This document shows, piece by piece, positions 18,840 to 27,402 of a DNA stretch of 44,874 nt. The notes under the pieces were generated by a model. It worked only from the letters and a program-made list of their open reading frames with translations. It made no database searches and was not told the origin of the DNA. The first letter of the stretch is position 1. Each line of letters opens with the position of its first letter. The DNA is taken from the IMG/VR virus record IMGVR_UViG_3300016467_000490, positions 1-44,874 of that record; one strand, 5' to 3'. The position numbers were made by a program, and so were the translations under genes. This DNA comes from a virus (taxonomy: Duplodnaviria; Caudoviricetes).

Positions 18840-19178
18840 TTATACGTTGCGCTCGAAGTGAGGGCAATCCACCAGCGACTTGAAGTTGCCTCCCCATCGA
18901 TTTTTGGGGTGCAGAGACTCCCAAAATGCCCCCAGCGGAGCAAGGGTGGCCTTGTCCCAGATTATCTGCCCGTCCTTGAAGAAATTCAAGTCGATGGCAC
19001 ACCGCTTCAGGTGGATCGAGTTTAGCGTCTTGGAGCGCCCCGTTTTGACGTAAATGGCCTGCTGCTCGGGCGTCCTGGCCAGCTCCCCGCCGGTCACCAC
19101 AAACCCCTGCTCTGTGGCGTACTGGATCAACTTGCAGGCATCCAGCAGAAAGGCCGCTTGTTCTTGGCTCAGGCTCAT
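18840..19178 (-). CDS. endolysin, peptidase M15 (L-Ala-D-Glu peptidase-like)
   Basis: RT.EQQ, SIHLKRCAIDL, WGG.F...DCPHFE zinc-peptidase motifs; ATGA-coupled start at 19178. Confidence 0.85.
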   Translation of the reverse strand: MSLSQEQAAFLLDACKLIQYATEQGFVVTGGELARTPEQQAIYVKTGRSKTLNSIHLKRCAIDLNFFKDGQIIWDKATLAPLGAFWESLHPKNRWGGNFKSLVDCPHFERNV

Positions 19179-19696
19179 TCCGACTTCCCCTTGTTGCGAA
19201 GCTCCATGACCTTCTCGACCGTGCGGCCGCCAAAGTAGGCTGTCATCACCAGCATGCCCCACTGACCCAACAGGCTCACGTAGGCCTCCTGGACGTTGAT
19301 TCCTGCGGCGCTCAGGCCCGCAAAAATCAGATAGGCCGTCAGGATGTAAATCAGCGTCCCGGGGCGGATATTTTTGGACAGCCAGGAGTCAGACGCCATG
19401 TCCGCCTTCCAGCGGTCTGAGACGTTGTTTTCCTCGTTCTTGGCGGCATCCAGCAGAGCCTTGAGCTCCTCCTGCTCCAGGCGAGCCTTCTCGATGCCAA
19501 GCTCGAGCAGGCGCTCCTCGTGGTCGTATTGGAGCTGGCGCAGCTTTTCGACGTCCTGCGGCCCTGGGTTGTCAGAAATCTTCACCCCCAGGGCGCTTTC
19601 GACGACCTCCTTGCCCTTAGCCTGGATCGCAGATGACAAAAGGCCCAGACCATTCTGGGCCAGTGTCGCCAGGAGAGATGCGGCGATTGGAATCAT
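19175..19696 (-). CDS. holin (GTA 3TM holin-like)
   Basis: D..SDSWLSKNIRP, two C-terminal TM segments, AYFGGRT.EK; adjacent to endolysin. Confidence 0.75.
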   Translation of the reverse strand: MIPIAASLLATLAQNGLGLLSSAIQAKGKEVVESALGVKISDNPGPQDVEKLRQLQYDHEERLLELGIEKARLEQEELKALLDAAKNEENNVSDRWKADMASDSWLSKNIRPGTLIYILTAYLIFAGLSAAGINVQEAYVSLLGQWGMLVMTAYFGGRTVEKVMELRNKGKSE

Positions 19697-20097
19697 GATC
19701 CACCTTTCGATGTTTGAACCTGGTCTGAGCCCTTGCGAACCGTCACTTTGTCTTCCTCGACTGTCACCGACATGGGATGCTCCTCGCGGTCAAGGCGCTC
19801 GATCAATGACTTGATGACCTCGAACTCGGGCTTCTCTGGCTTTGGATTGGCGCCGGCAATCCCGTTGAGCATGGAGATCAACGCCGTCAGGGCCGCGCTC
19901 ACCAAGCCAATGACGGCGGCGATCTTTGACTCCTCCAGAACCAGGCTCGCGCCCACGCCAACAATCACGATGGCTGTGATGTACGCCAGGCCATGCTTCC
20001 CGATGGCCTTGCCGGCCACTTCTTTGGCGGGGGAGGCAGCCTCAAGGCGAGCAAGCTCGGCCTTCATCTGCTGCTTGAGTAGTTTGATGTCATCCAT
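19693..20097 (-). CDS. membrane protein (lysis module)
   Basis: two hydrophobic helices; coupled to neighbours. Confidence 0.65.
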   Translation of the reverse strand: MDDIKLLKQQMKAELARLEAASPAKEVAGKAIGKHGLAYITAIVIVGVGASLVLEESKIAAVIGLVSAALTALISMLNGIAGANPKPEKPEFEVIKSLIERLDREEHPMSVTVEEDKVTVRKGSDQVQTSKGGS

Positions 20098-20300
20098 CAG
20101 TGAAGCCCCAAGATTTTCTTGACTATGTCGGCGGCCACGCCTGGGCCAAACAGCACAGCAAGGATAAGTATGCCAAGCAGGTACTCAATCCTCGTCATCC
20201 GTTTGTCGCCCTCAACAAGGCGCTCCTCGATATGCTGGTATCTGGCGGCAGAAGTGGCCTCATGAACGGCCAATTTTGTCTCCAAAGACGGATCGGTCAT
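20097..20300 (-). CDS. small coiled-coil + TM protein (holin/XhlA-like)
   Basis: L.VHEA....RY..I..RL..G..RM.RIE followed by a TM helix; start at TGATG overlap. Confidence 0.65.
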   Translation of the reverse strand: MTDPSLETKLAVHEATSAARYQHIEERLVEGDKRMTRIEYLLGILILAVLFGPGVAADIVKKILGLH

Positions 20301-20728
20301 CACAAGTCCTTCCATTGCTCACCATCCAAAAACCCTTGAACCTGTAGAGCGTCCTGGCAAGACTCCAGCCACGCCTCCAATCTCTTGCATTCGGCAACGA
20401 TGGCCGCGCGCTTTGCGGTAATCTCTTCGGGGATGTCGATGTTGCGCTCAAGTTTGCGGATCACATACCAATCGGTCTCGCCAAGTTTTTGGCTTGCCTG
20501 GCTCTTGATCAGAGGAGCATAGACTTGCTTGAGCTCAAAAATGTTTTTGTATCCGCCATCTTCGTTGCAGATTCGGTTGTCGACCATTTTGGGGTCTTCA
20601 ATCTCCAAAATCCCAAGAGCATTACGCTCCTCAAGAGTGGACAACTCGAGCCAGTTGGCTGGATAGTTGTACCCATCATGAGAAAAGGGCACGCCAACAA
20701 AAAGACGCTTGTTATTCAACAGATACAT
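20300..20728 (-). CDS. tail fibre assembly / chaperone-like protein
   Basis: YPANWL...EER.A.GI, L..TDWYVIRK.E....IP motifs; GAGG RBS; follows fibre genes. Confidence 0.65.
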   Translation of the reverse strand: MYLLNNKRLFVGVPFSHDGYNYPANWLELSTLEERNALGILEIEDPKMVDNRICNEDGGYKNIFELKQVYAPLIKSQASQKLGETDWYVIRKLERNIDIPEEITAKRAAIVAECKRLEAWLESCQDALQVQGFLDGEQWKDL

Positions 20729-20735
20729 TGTTTCC

Positions 20736-23036
20736 TCACTTTGGGTTTGACCAGACAAAACTGGTTTCGTTGAACGCAATGAACACGTAGTAACTGTTCG
20801 AGTTCTGGTTCATCACCCCAGTTGCTTGGTTAATCTTGAAACCGAATGTTGTTGCAACCAAGCTGACAGTCGCGGCGGTGGAGCTGCTTGCAAGCCTTGT
20901 CACCGATGTAATTGGGTTTTGGTTCGCGTTGAAGTTGACAAGATACCAACCATCAAGGGTCGTTCCGTTTCTTTGCTTGACGATGGCCCATCTTGGCTTA
21001 CCGCCCGTCCAGGCGGCGCCGGACAGCTGCGCGGTGCTGCTGCCAGTCAGGTATTGTGAGACCCTAGAAAATCCCGTCTTGCTGGCAAAGCAGTAGGCAA
21101 CATAAGTTGCGCCGAGCGTATTTGTTTTTGCGCTCACGCCAACAGAAAAAACACTTGATGTGGGGGCCGTGTTATTGAGATACGCCGTGTCTGCGGCCTC
21201 ATTGGCCGTCGTCGACATGTCAAGAATGTAGCCCCACGGTGTGGTGCCGGCATTCAGGCCCTTGTGGTACATGTTGCCAACGCCAGTCGTGCTTCTGATC
21301 TTAATAATCATGGCCTCTGGGGTCGCGTTCAAACCGTGGCCAATTGTTCCAGCAACTCCGGTGCCGGTCCAAGTAACAATGCTGACTCCGGTTGTTTGAT
21401 TCGCCAGGACGGTCGAGGTAATCGTGCCATCCGTGTTTGTCACGGGGGAGCCACCAATTGCAATTTGTCCGGCCAAGAATGTTGTTCCGCTTGCGTTGAC
21501 AAGAGTGTCAGACCCAACACTGAAACCGTCCGAATTGAACGACGTCACGCCTGTAGCCACAGTGGTTTCTGCGGCGGATGTATTGAACAGCAACTGTGCA
21601 GTCGCACCTCTTACTGAATCGTAAAAAGGTTTGTTGTTTGCGGTTGCGTTGGCCGCTATAAAAATTATGTCGGGGCGAAATTGATACGCCACAGAACCGT
21701 ACGTTATTGCATTCGAAACGCTGCGAGTCGCTCCTGTTCCGGTGTAAGTCGTGAGGTTCTGGTAATTCATTGGCTTCGTCAGAATTCCAGTTGGGCTCGT
21801 GAAATAAACATTGCAAACAGGGTTGTAGCCGGTTGGCTTGGTATACGTAAATGCAAAGTACCCAGAGTTGATGTAAATGGAGCCGCCGCCGGCAAAGTTT
21901 TGGTACGGAACCCACGGGCCACTTGATGCGGTGGCGCCATTTGTTGTGATCGCAGTCCATACGGTCCCGTTGGTCGTGTACTCAAACGATCCGACGGTTG
22001 TGTCATATCTGAACCCAACGGTTTGACCTGCGGAAAAAGTAGTTGTGTAGGCAAAAGTGGCGCCGGTTTCCACATTCTTGAGGCCGGTACCGCCGCCAGT
22101 GGTTACGGCGGTGCAGTAAACCTCCCAATACCATTTCCCCTCTGTCAAAGCATATGTGGTTGACGCGTTCTCGCTGTTGGAGGCAAATCTTCCACCCTGT
22201 CTTGGGTAGGAAGCGTTACTGGCTCCAAACGCGGTGTTTGTGGTCCAGTACATAAATGCACCGCGATCTTCATACGGCGTGGGGCTCTCTTGAGTCCAAT
22301 CCTGGCTGACAAGTGTGCCGGACACAACCAAGGCGTTTGGTGTCCAGTTGTTGCCGTTTGGAGAACTGTCTTTTCCAAGCGTAGCGGCGGTTGATGCACT
22401 GCCATCTGAAAAGGTCAAATAAAAACCGTTGTTTCCAAAAGTTCCGCCGTACTTGATTGGAATCCATTGTCCAGACGTTGCGTCCGTCGTTCCAAAACTT
22501 GTGGGGGCTACGACCTGGCCATCAATGAAACAGACGTCGGCTAGATACCCATCCATCTGGCTTCCGGCCGACGAGTTGTATGCGCCAAGAAAATGAGCGA
22601 CGGCGGTGTTGATTGTTCCACCTGTGTATGCGGTAGTCGAGGTCGCGTAAGTCCTGCCATTCACGTAAATAGCATGGTTGTTACCACCAGTGGTCGTCAC
22701 GACAATGTGATACCAGGCATTGTTGTCGGCTAGTTGAGCAGTCGCGGTCGCTCCAGTGATGACCGCCGTTCCGCCAAGCGTGAGAACCAGGTTGTGTGTT
22801 TGAGTGCCGTTGGACGAAAGACCGTTAGTTGAGCTTGTCCCAAAATAGCTCAGAGTTGTGTTCGTTGAGGTTCTGACGAAACCGTAGCGCATCCAAAAAG
22901 AAAGCGTCCACGTCGTCGCGTTTGTGGGTGTGCCGAGCGTACGAGTGAAATACTTGTTTGCTTGCTGATCGATCCTGATCGAATTCTCGATTCGATAGGC
23001 GCGACTGGAGCCAACAGGGAAAATTGGGTAGGGCAT
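20736..23036 (-). CDS. tail fibre / receptor-binding protein with ConA/LamG and SPRY-like domains
   Basis: WTLSFW...AWYHIVV...DGYLAD..FIDG (LamG); GKWYWEV (SPRY); YTG.G repeats. Confidence 0.75.
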   Translation of the reverse strand: MPYPIFPVGSSRAYRIENSIRIDQQANKYFTRTLGTPTNATTWTLSFWMRYGFVRTSTNTTLSYFGTSSTNGLSSNGTQTHNLVLTLGGTAVITGATATAQLADNNAWYHIVVTTTGGNNHAIYVNGRTYATSTTAYTGGTINTAVAHFLGAYNSSAGSQMDGYLADVCFIDGQVVAPTSFGTTDATSGQWIPIKYGGTFGNNGFYLTFSDGSASTAATLGKDSSPNGNNWTPNALVVSGTLVSQDWTQESPTPYEDRGAFMYWTTNTAFGASNASYPRQGGRFASNSENASTTYALTEGKWYWEVYCTAVTTGGGTGLKNVETGATFAYTTTFSAGQTVGFRYDTTVGSFEYTTNGTVWTAITTNGATASSGPWVPYQNFAGGGSIYINSGYFAFTYTKPTGYNPVCNVYFTSPTGILTKPMNYQNLTTYTGTGATRSVSNAITYGSVAYQFRPDIIFIAANATANNKPFYDSVRGATAQLLFNTSAAETTVATGVTSFNSDGFSVGSDTLVNASGTTFLAGQIAIGGSPVTNTDGTITSTVLANQTTGVSIVTWTGTGVAGTIGHGLNATPEAMIIKIRSTTGVGNMYHKGLNAGTTPWGYILDMSTTANEAADTAYLNNTAPTSSVFSVGVSAKTNTLGATYVAYCFASKTGFSRVSQYLTGSSTAQLSGAAWTGGKPRWAIVKQRNGTTLDGWYLVNFNANQNPITSVTRLASSSTAATVSLVATTFGFKINQATGVMNQNSNSYYVFIAFNETSFVWSNPK

Positions 23037-24683
23037 TTACGATACGTTCAAAGCGTACCCTTGCGAGTACAGGTTGGTTCCGTCGCTGCGAAAGACAAAA
23101 TAATCTTTTGCACCCGCGTTGGCGCTCAATGTTGGAGCAGAGCCGCCTGGCCACTTGAAGACACTGTTCCAAGTCAACGTGTTGCCGCCGGCGTTTTGGA
23201 TGACAGCCAAAGAGTAGAAGGCGCCGTCCTGAAGCCCAGTGGGGGCGCCAATTGCTCGATTTGAGGATACGAATGTGAACGTGGCCACCTGGCCCAAGGA
23301 GGTGTCCCAGGCGATTGTTGCGGCATCTGTCAAAGCCAAGTTGGGGGAGTATCCGTATGTGAACTTGCCCGTGCTCGGCGTGGTGGCTCCGATGGTCCCG
23401 TTGAATGCAGAAGACGTGATCGTCTTATTGCTCAGGTTCTCCGATCCAGCAAGAGTCGCCAAGGTGCCGGTGGTGGGTAACGTCAGCGCGGTAGCCGCAG
23501 AAAGCGTCCAGGCAAGGCTGTAGGCGCCGTTGATGGTAACGGTGCTGGCAGCATTGTTGGCAATGCCTGTGCCGCCCAAAGTGGGAGAAACGGGGTTCGT
23601 CAAGCTGAACGTGGTGCCAACAAGCGTCAGGCCTGTGCCAGCAGAGTAAACCGCCGATGAGCTGAACTGAGTGAAGGTCAAGTTGGTGGTGCCGAACACG
23701 ATCGTGCCGGCAGTCGTCAAAACATACGACTCGCCCTTGCCGGTAAGCCCGTTGGTGACGAAGAAATAGTCGCCCTCACCCAAAGAGCTTGTGCTGTTCG
23801 GGGCATACGTGTTTGCATCAGTGGCTCTGGTCAGCACCCAGTTGGTGGAGCCGCTGCCAACCGTTGTGACGGTGTAGACGCCGTTTTGAAACCCGCTGGT
23901 TTGCTGGTATATCAAGACACGATCGCCGACATTTAGCGCAACACCGTCAATGGTCAGGGCTGCTTGGGCTCCAGCATTGACAAGAGTTGCTCCGACACCA
24001 GAGTTGGCGCGGCTGCTAAGGGTGATCGATCCGTCCGTCAGCGTGGTGATTTCGGCGCCGTTGTAGGTCAGAGAAAGAGTGATCGACAGCGTGCTTGCCG
24101 TCTTCACAAAGTACGGGGTGCCGGCAGTGATTCCGTTGGTTGTGCTGCCAAACACAATCACGTCACCGACTGACAGGCCGTGAGCGGAACCTGTGTTCAG
24201 AGTCTTTCCGCCCGAGATGCTTGTCCAGGTCGGCGTGGTGCCGCCGTCCGAATAAGTTGCCGTCAAAGCGGTGGGGGACTCCACGTAAACCGGGGTGTGC
24301 ACATGCACGCCGGTCGAAGACATGATGTCCACATACGCCTTGTTGGCGATGTCGGTTCCCGAGGAGGGGACGGCCTGGATGCTGCCGCTGTCCAAGGCCA
24401 CAGACGTGATGTCCGTGTTGGCGCCCGACTTGGCGGCGCTCAAGTTTGCCCTGGCCGCAGTTGCGGTAGATGCGCCTGTGCCACCCACGTTGACCGCAAT
24501 TGGAACCGTCGCAAGCGAGGACAGCGCCAAGACAGCCAGGTTTCCGGCGGAGTCTTTGAAGTACAGGGCGCCGTCTGCACTGTTGAGCGCCAACTCGCCG
24601 TCTGCCAGGTTTGACACAGACGGAAGTTGACCGGGCGACGTCGAAACGTAGAGCTTGATTGGGGTATATCCTGCCTGGGCCAT
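23037..24683 (-). CDS. tail fibre protein
   Basis: start MAQAGYTPIKLY after GAGG; LADGELALNSADGALYFKD N-terminus, IANKAYVD, GDRVLI..Q....NGVY, LTRATDA motifs. Confidence 0.75.
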   Translation of the reverse strand: MAQAGYTPIKLYVSTSPGQLPSVSNLADGELALNSADGALYFKDSAGNLAVLALSSLATVPIAVNVGGTGASTATAARANLSAAKSGANTDITSVALDSGSIQAVPSSGTDIANKAYVDIMSSTGVHVHTPVYVESPTALTATYSDGGTTPTWTSISGGKTLNTGSAHGLSVGDVIVFGSTTNGITAGTPYFVKTASTLSITLSLTYNGAEITTLTDGSITLSSRANSGVGATLVNAGAQAALTIDGVALNVGDRVLIYQQTSGFQNGVYTVTTVGSGSTNWVLTRATDANTYAPNSTSSLGEGDYFFVTNGLTGKGESYVLTTAGTIVFGTTNLTFTQFSSSAVYSAGTGLTLVGTTFSLTNPVSPTLGGTGIANNAASTVTINGAYSLAWTLSAATALTLPTTGTLATLAGSENLSNKTITSSAFNGTIGATTPSTGKFTYGYSPNLALTDAATIAWDTSLGQVATFTFVSSNRAIGAPTGLQDGAFYSLAVIQNAGGNTLTWNSVFKWPGGSAPTLSANAGAKDYFVFRSDGTNLYSQGYALNVS

Positions 24684-24693
24684 TGTGTCCTCT

Positions 24694-24966
24694 TCAGTGT
24701 CCGTATTTGCCGCCGTACTCCGGCGATTGGTCATCCACACCCGTCAACGGGACATCGGGGCGCGGGAATCTGAGGTTGATTCTTTCAGTCTTGCGAGCCG
24801 GGAGACGATAGGGGTCGAACTGATCTTTGCAACCCTGGTCGCAAACGCGCAACCCTGGGAAGTTGGGGTCAGCAGAAAGCGCCACGAGAGGGCGCTTCAT
24901 TTTGCATCTGTCGCACACGGCAATCGCGACTGACGCGAGGCCGGTGGTATCGAGAAATCGCGGCAT
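24694..24966 (-). CDS. small Cys-rich (CxxC...CxxxC) virion-module protein
   Basis: AVCDRCKMK...LRVCDQGCKD..DP...L..PRPD; GAGG RBS. Confidence 0.7.
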   Translation of the reverse strand: MPRFLDTTGLASVAIAVCDRCKMKRPLVALSADPNFPGLRVCDQGCKDQFDPYRLPARKTERINLRFPRPDVPLTGVDDQSPEYGGKYGH

Positions 24967-24969
24967 GGA

Positions 24970-26043
24970 TCACCTCGTGTACACGCCGATGCCCGGCGCG
25001 AAGTAAATTGGCGACTTGTCGCGCTCCTCCTGCTCGGCCTGATTGAGGTAGGCGTCGGCCTGCTTCTCCAGGTACTGAATGCGATCCATGGCCACGCCAG
25101 GCAGCTCCAGGCTCATGCGGTGAGACAGGTTCATCACCACCGCCTCATACCAACGCTGGGGAACCTCGAGCTCACCAGACAGATCGCCCACGTCCATAAT
25201 CTGGCGAGAGCGCCAGACAACAGCCTGGACGTACGGCGTGCTTGGCACCGGCCACAGGTACATGGTCGGCTTGGGGATGGTGCGATCAAACCAGAACTGG
25301 TACGGCTGGTTGGCCGTGAAGTTCTTGTTTGGCAGGCTGGTGTAGTCGTCGCGGTTCAGGCGGGCCATCGGCACTTCTCGGCTGTTGTTGCCGAAGTACA
25401 GCTCGCGGATGGCCAGCGTGGTGCCGCCGGTAGCGCGCATGCGGTAGTACTGCACGTCGGCGCCGGGATCGATGTCTTGCCACACCCATTGCTTGTTGGT
25501 CACGGCGACGTCTGTGCCGGTGTACAGCGTGTTCCATGTCACGCCATCAGCAGAGGACTCAAAGACGTAATTCCACACCGCCGTGCCTGCGCCAGAGACG
25601 TAAGGCATGAAGCCAATCGAGCCGATGTACTGCGGGTCATTCACACCGTAGTCGACCGCGATGTTGCCGTTGGCTGAGGTCTGCTGGCAGTAGGTGTCGA
25701 TGTCGTCGTCAAAGGCGTTGTCGGCCGTGCCGCCGGCAGACGTCGAGTACGTGCCCGTGGGGCGCGCCATCGTGCGATACAGGACGTTCAGGACATCGAT
25801 GGTGCCCAGCGGCATCTCGTAGATGTATTGGTCCATGTTGAGACCAATCACGGTCTTCTCGACGGCCCAATACTGGATGCCAATGTTGGCCAGGCTCGAC
25901 AAAAAGAAAAACAGCGACCGACGAGCCGAAAGAACCTGCTCAGAGGTCAACTCTTCAGCAAGTTTTCCACTCCGTCGGGCACCATGATCAATCAGGTTTT
26001 GGACGGTGATAACAGTGGTGCCAACAGTTCCTGAGTACGCCAT
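24970..26043 (-). CDS. head-tail connector/tail protein with inserted discoidin (F5/8)-like domain
   Basis: MAYSGT...SARRSL...R.DY..LPNK...P.Q.W.DR adaptor scaffold; insert NAFDDDIDT...SADGVTW...YYRMR. Confidence 0.65.
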   Translation of the reverse strand: MAYSGTVGTTVITVQNLIDHGARRSGKLAEELTSEQVLSARRSLFFFLSSLANIGIQYWAVEKTVIGLNMDQYIYEMPLGTIDVLNVLYRTMARPTGTYSTSAGGTADNAFDDDIDTYCQQTSANGNIAVDYGVNDPQYIGSIGFMPYVSGAGTAVWNYVFESSADGVTWNTLYTGTDVAVTNKQWVWQDIDPGADVQYYRMRATGGTTLAIRELYFGNNSREVPMARLNRDDYTSLPNKNFTANQPYQFWFDRTIPKPTMYLWPVPSTPYVQAVVWRSRQIMDVGDLSGELEVPQRWYEAVVMNLSHRMSLELPGVAMDRIQYLEKQADAYLNQAEQEERDKSPIYFAPGIGVYTR

Positions 26044-26049
26044 AAAACC

Positions 26050-26445
26050 TCACCATCCTGGACATTTCCAACGCTTCAGTGAAGCCTTGGCTCGAGGGGC
26101 ATCGCCCTTGGAGTGCTCCACCACACCGGACATGCGAGCGCAAAAACTGTCCTTGCGCGAGCCTCCTTGCGGCTGTGGTGCCTTCAAGTGCGAGCCGGTC
26201 TCGCGATTGTATTTTTCGCGGCCCTTTTGCGTCAAACCGGCGCCCTGTTTGGTCGGCAGCTTCTCGCCACGGCCAACAGCAAGGCTCACGCCGCCCTCTT
26301 TCATCTTTGCGGTCTTGGCGGACTGCTTGAAGGCCTCTGCTGTCGGCGCGCCAGGCTGACCAGGCTTGCGCATTTTCTCGCCGGAGCCCTCAGCGATCCT
26401 CTCGCGCTTCGCGTTAATGTTCGCATAAAGGCCTTTTTTTAACAT
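26050..26445 (-). CDS. basic protein: GLYANINAKR module + RKDSFCARM module joined by MKEGG
   Basis: both modules are recognisable from phage proteins of unknown function. Confidence 0.7.
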   Translation of the reverse strand: MLKKGLYANINAKRERIAEGSGEKMRKPGQPGAPTAEAFKQSAKTAKMKEGGVSLAVGRGEKLPTKQGAGLTQKGREKYNRETGSHLKAPQPQGGSRKDSFCARMSGVVEHSKGDAPRAKASLKRWKCPGW

Positions 26446-26447
26446 GA

Positions 26448-27068
26448 TCACCACCCAGACTTGGATTTTTTGCCCTTTTGAGCCGTGCTCACCTTCGAGG
26501 TGACCGCTCCACCGTGCTTGTACATGCGAATTTCGCCGCTGCGCAGCTTTTCCTCGCCCTTTTTAGCGATTGGCTTTCCAACCGGTTTTGCCTGGATTGG
26601 CGATTTGACCGGCATCGGCTTGGGCGGGGGTGCAATCACCGGTTTTGGCTGGCGCTGCATCTCGGGAGGCCGCACAGGGGCCTGGGGCTTCTGGCCAGGA
26701 CGCACGGCGCTCATTTCGCGCTTCATTTTGCCCAGGTAGTCCATCGAGGACGGGCCGGAAGGCGCGGGAGCGGGCGCAGAAGCGGCCGCAGGCGCATTTT
26801 GAGGGGCCGGTGAGGGCATGGGTGCGGGAGCGGGCGTTGCGGCCGCCTGGACGGGCGCTGGAGCGGGTGCCGCAGCCTGGTCCGGCATGTCATCCGTCAT
26901 GCCGCCATCGGCCATCTTCTTCGGCAGCTTTGAGTACGATTTTTTGCCCACGTTGGCCTCCGTCATTTCGGCGGCTTTGGACTGAGACATGCCCAGCTTC
27001 TTGGCCACCTTGGGGTTGTTCTCGGCCGCCTTGAACAAGCGGAACTGCGATTTGGACTTGACCGGCAT
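26448..27068 (-). CDS. basic Pro/Ala-rich protein with MPxKSKSQ N-terminal module
   Basis: 206-aa ORF in operon; MADGG and YKHGG motifs. Confidence 0.7.
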   Translation of the reverse strand: MPVKSKSQFRLFKAAENNPKVAKKLGMSQSKAAEMTEANVGKKSYSKLPKKMADGGMTDDMPDQAAAPAPAPVQAAATPAPAPMPSPAPQNAPAAASAPAPAPSGPSSMDYLGKMKREMSAVRPGQKPQAPVRPPEMQRQPKPVIAPPPKPMPVKSPIQAKPVGKPIAKKGEEKLRSGEIRMYKHGGAVTSKVSTAQKGKKSKSGW

Positions 27069-27073
27069 ATCGA

Positions 27074-27355
27074 TCAGCCGCAGAAAATGGTGATGGCCGC
27101 GCTGGCCGGCAAGGTCACATGGATGTTGGTTTTGAAACGAATCCCGTTTCCAGGGACAAGCGTAGAGATCACGGCGGTGTTGGTCGTGATGTCGATCTCC
27201 AGCAACAAAGTTCCGCCAGACCCACCGTCTCGAAATTCAATCACTCCAGCAGTGCCGCCCGGCTTGATTTGGTAACCACCCAGGTTGGCAGCGCCGGAAT
27301 AAATTGTTCCGGTCGCATTGGCATGCTTGGAAAAAACATTGGTTAAAGTGCTCAT
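27074..27355 (-). CDS. small beta-rich virion protein
   Basis: GGAG/GAGG RBS; G....F.DG...G.......P..GI.F...I.V pattern. Confidence 0.7.
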   Translation of the reverse strand: MSTLTNVFSKHANATGTIYSGAANLGGYQIKPGGTAGVIEFRDGGSGGTLLLEIDITTNTAVISTLVPGNGIRFKTNIHVTLPASAAITIFCG

Positions 27356-27368
27356 CTACCTCTCCATG

Positions 27369-27397
27369 AAAAAGCGAAGGGCCGAAGCCCCTCGCTT
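27369..27397 (-). terminator. intrinsic terminator after capsid module
   Basis: minus strand AAGCGAGGGGC-TTCG-GCCCTTCGCTTTTT; cUUCGg tetraloop and U-tract. Confidence 0.8.
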
Positions 27398-27402
27398 AAC
27401 AG

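Noticed and set aside
20736-24683. Diversity-generating retroelement targeting fibres
   Set aside because: No reverse transcriptase and no TR/VR pair seen in the window
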